Part shown: positions 63,194-64,000 of the stretch, one piece after another
Numbering within the stretch: position 1 is the first letter of the stretch
How the letters are laid out: each line of letters starts with the position of its first letter
NCBI GenBank assembly: GCA_965232835.1
Contig: OZ247426.1
Coordinates: forward strand, 3,996,974 to 4,060,973
Source: Dehalococcoidia bacterium
GTDB lineage: Bacteria > Chloroflexota > Dehalococcoidia > Lucifugimonadales > UBA3495
Direction: 5' to 3'
Length of the DNA: 64,000 nt
Program-made: the position numbers and the translations under genes
The notes under the pieces: model-generated
What the model saw: the letters and a program-made list of their open reading frames with translations, nothing else
Databases searched by the model: none
What the model was told of the DNA's origin: nothing

Positions 63194-64000
63194 ATTTACC
63201 AATTCCTCTCGGCCGGCTGCCTTTGCTCTCCCGCCATGGATTGCGCGGTACGGATTGTTGTTGGTGGTCATCACTGCTGGTTGCCGTGGCGCTGTCCATC
63301 ATGGCTGTTGCAGCCACGCCTGCCCAGACTGGCCCGCCGTCCGGTGTGCGGGCGTCTATGGTGGCAGACTCTTCGGAGTTGACTGTTGGCGATCCGGCAA
63401 CCATCAGTCTCATTGTTTCACACCCCGAGGACTTCACCGTGTTTATCCCCCGTCTGAAGCGTGATTGGGGGCCCTTCGAGATCCAGGCGCAGACCTCCGT
63501 GCAGACGGTCTCCCTAGCCGCCGGCGTTCGGACTGTGGCAAAGCAGTTCCGGGTGAGGTTGTTTGCTCCCGGCACTTTCGAGACGCCGGACATCCCCGTC
63601 TCAGTTCGCGGTCCGGATGGAACTGTGGCGCAGGTCTCTCCCAACCCGCTCCAACTGACCGTGAACTCTGTACTGGCGTCGCCTGACGAGGAATTGAAGG
63701 ACCTGCGCCCCCCTGCAGACCTTGCAACTCCGTTCTGGGAGCGGACGATTGTACTCGTCCTGGGTGCGGTTGTAGTTTTGGCAACAGGGGGAGGAACCGT
63801 ATTCTTCCTCATCCGTCGTTCGCGCCGTGGGGAACGGCCAGCCGCAGCTCTGCCTGACCTGCGAACTCCCTGGGAGGTTGCCACTCAGGAACTGGACCGC
63901 ATTGCCCGCCTCGACCTGCCAGCGAGCGGCGCCATGAAGGAGCACTACACCCTCGTGGGGGCGGCTCTCCGCACCTACCTGGGAGCGGCTTACCTGCTAG
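63190..64000 (+). CDS. BatD/DUF4381-like membrane protein of the MoxR-DUF58 operon (3' end outside window)
   Basis: Not in the ORF track. The ATG at 63190 overlaps the DUF58 stop (ATGA). I translated the frame by hand and it stays open to the window end. It has a signal/TM segment, a beta-rich segment (ELTVGDPATISLIVSHPEDF...), a TM helix (TIVLVLGAVVVLATGGGTVFFLI), then PWEVATQELDRIARL. Confidence 0.55.
   Translation, partial: MNLPIPLGRLPLLSRHGLRGTDCCWWSSLLVAVALSIMAVAATPAQTGPPSGVRASMVADSSELTVGDPATISLIVSHPEDFTVFIPRLKRDWGPFEIQAQTSVQTVSLAAGVRTVAKQFRVRLFAPGTFETPDIPVSVRGPDGTVAQVSPNPLQLTVNSVLASPDEELKDLRPPADLATPFWERTIVLVLGAVVVLATGGGTVFFLIRRSRRGERPAAALPDLRTPWEVATQELDRIARLDLPASGAMKEHYTLVGAALRTYLGAAYLL

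Overview
This is a GC-rich bacterial chromosomal segment. I found no rRNA, no CRISPR array and no intact prophage or IS. The backbone is redox and catabolic. It holds four MDR-type Zn dehydrogenases, a DUF35 plus SCP-x thiolase pair, an NADPH:F420 reductase, two LLM-class oxidoreductases, an HpaB-family monooxygenase, an SDR and an NHL-propeller protein. It also holds a family-5 peptide-type ABC importer, a NarL-type two-component pair and a fully fused GAF-PAS-kinase-REC-wHTH protein. Other backbone genes are an SbcD/YhaO-like nuclease coupled to a YhaN/Rad50-like ATPase, RDD plus PrsW membrane proteins, a MoxR-DUF58-BatD-like operon, VapBC and HigBA modules, tRNA-Gly(GCC) and tRNA-Ser(UGA). 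The gene content and three families of dispersed hairpin repeats suggest a Chloroflexota-like (SAR202-type) organism. That is inference only.

Between the backbone genes lie accessory patches that look lower in GC by eye and are littered with gene remnants: two IS1182-like transposase fragments, an internally deleted integrase, and SNF2, SBP, PIN, Big_2 and Fn3 fragments.

The candidates most worth follow-up are:
1. A tRNA-Ser-linked islet (58.4-61.3 kb) with a dead P4-type integrase and a three-gene cassette of unassigned small membrane proteins. Two of them are paralogues sharing a WFRRNWF tail-anchor motif.
2. A solo Cap12/PycTIR-type TIR-like gene with an unknown N-terminal domain, next to an IS remnant (17.1-17.9 kb).
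3. A 1983-aa kexin-like S8 protease mosaic that ends in two copies of an unassigned ~90-aa domain, preceded by a lipoprotein that may act as a prodomain supplied in trans.
4. A lipoprotein that fuses ~70 collagen G-X-Y triplets to 17 RCC1-like blades.
5. A 1107-aa seven-repeat surface protein paired with an output-less dual-Cache lipoprotein, bracketed by IS remnants.
6. Tandem desulforedoxin genes.

All family assignments come from motif recognition by eye. No searches were run.
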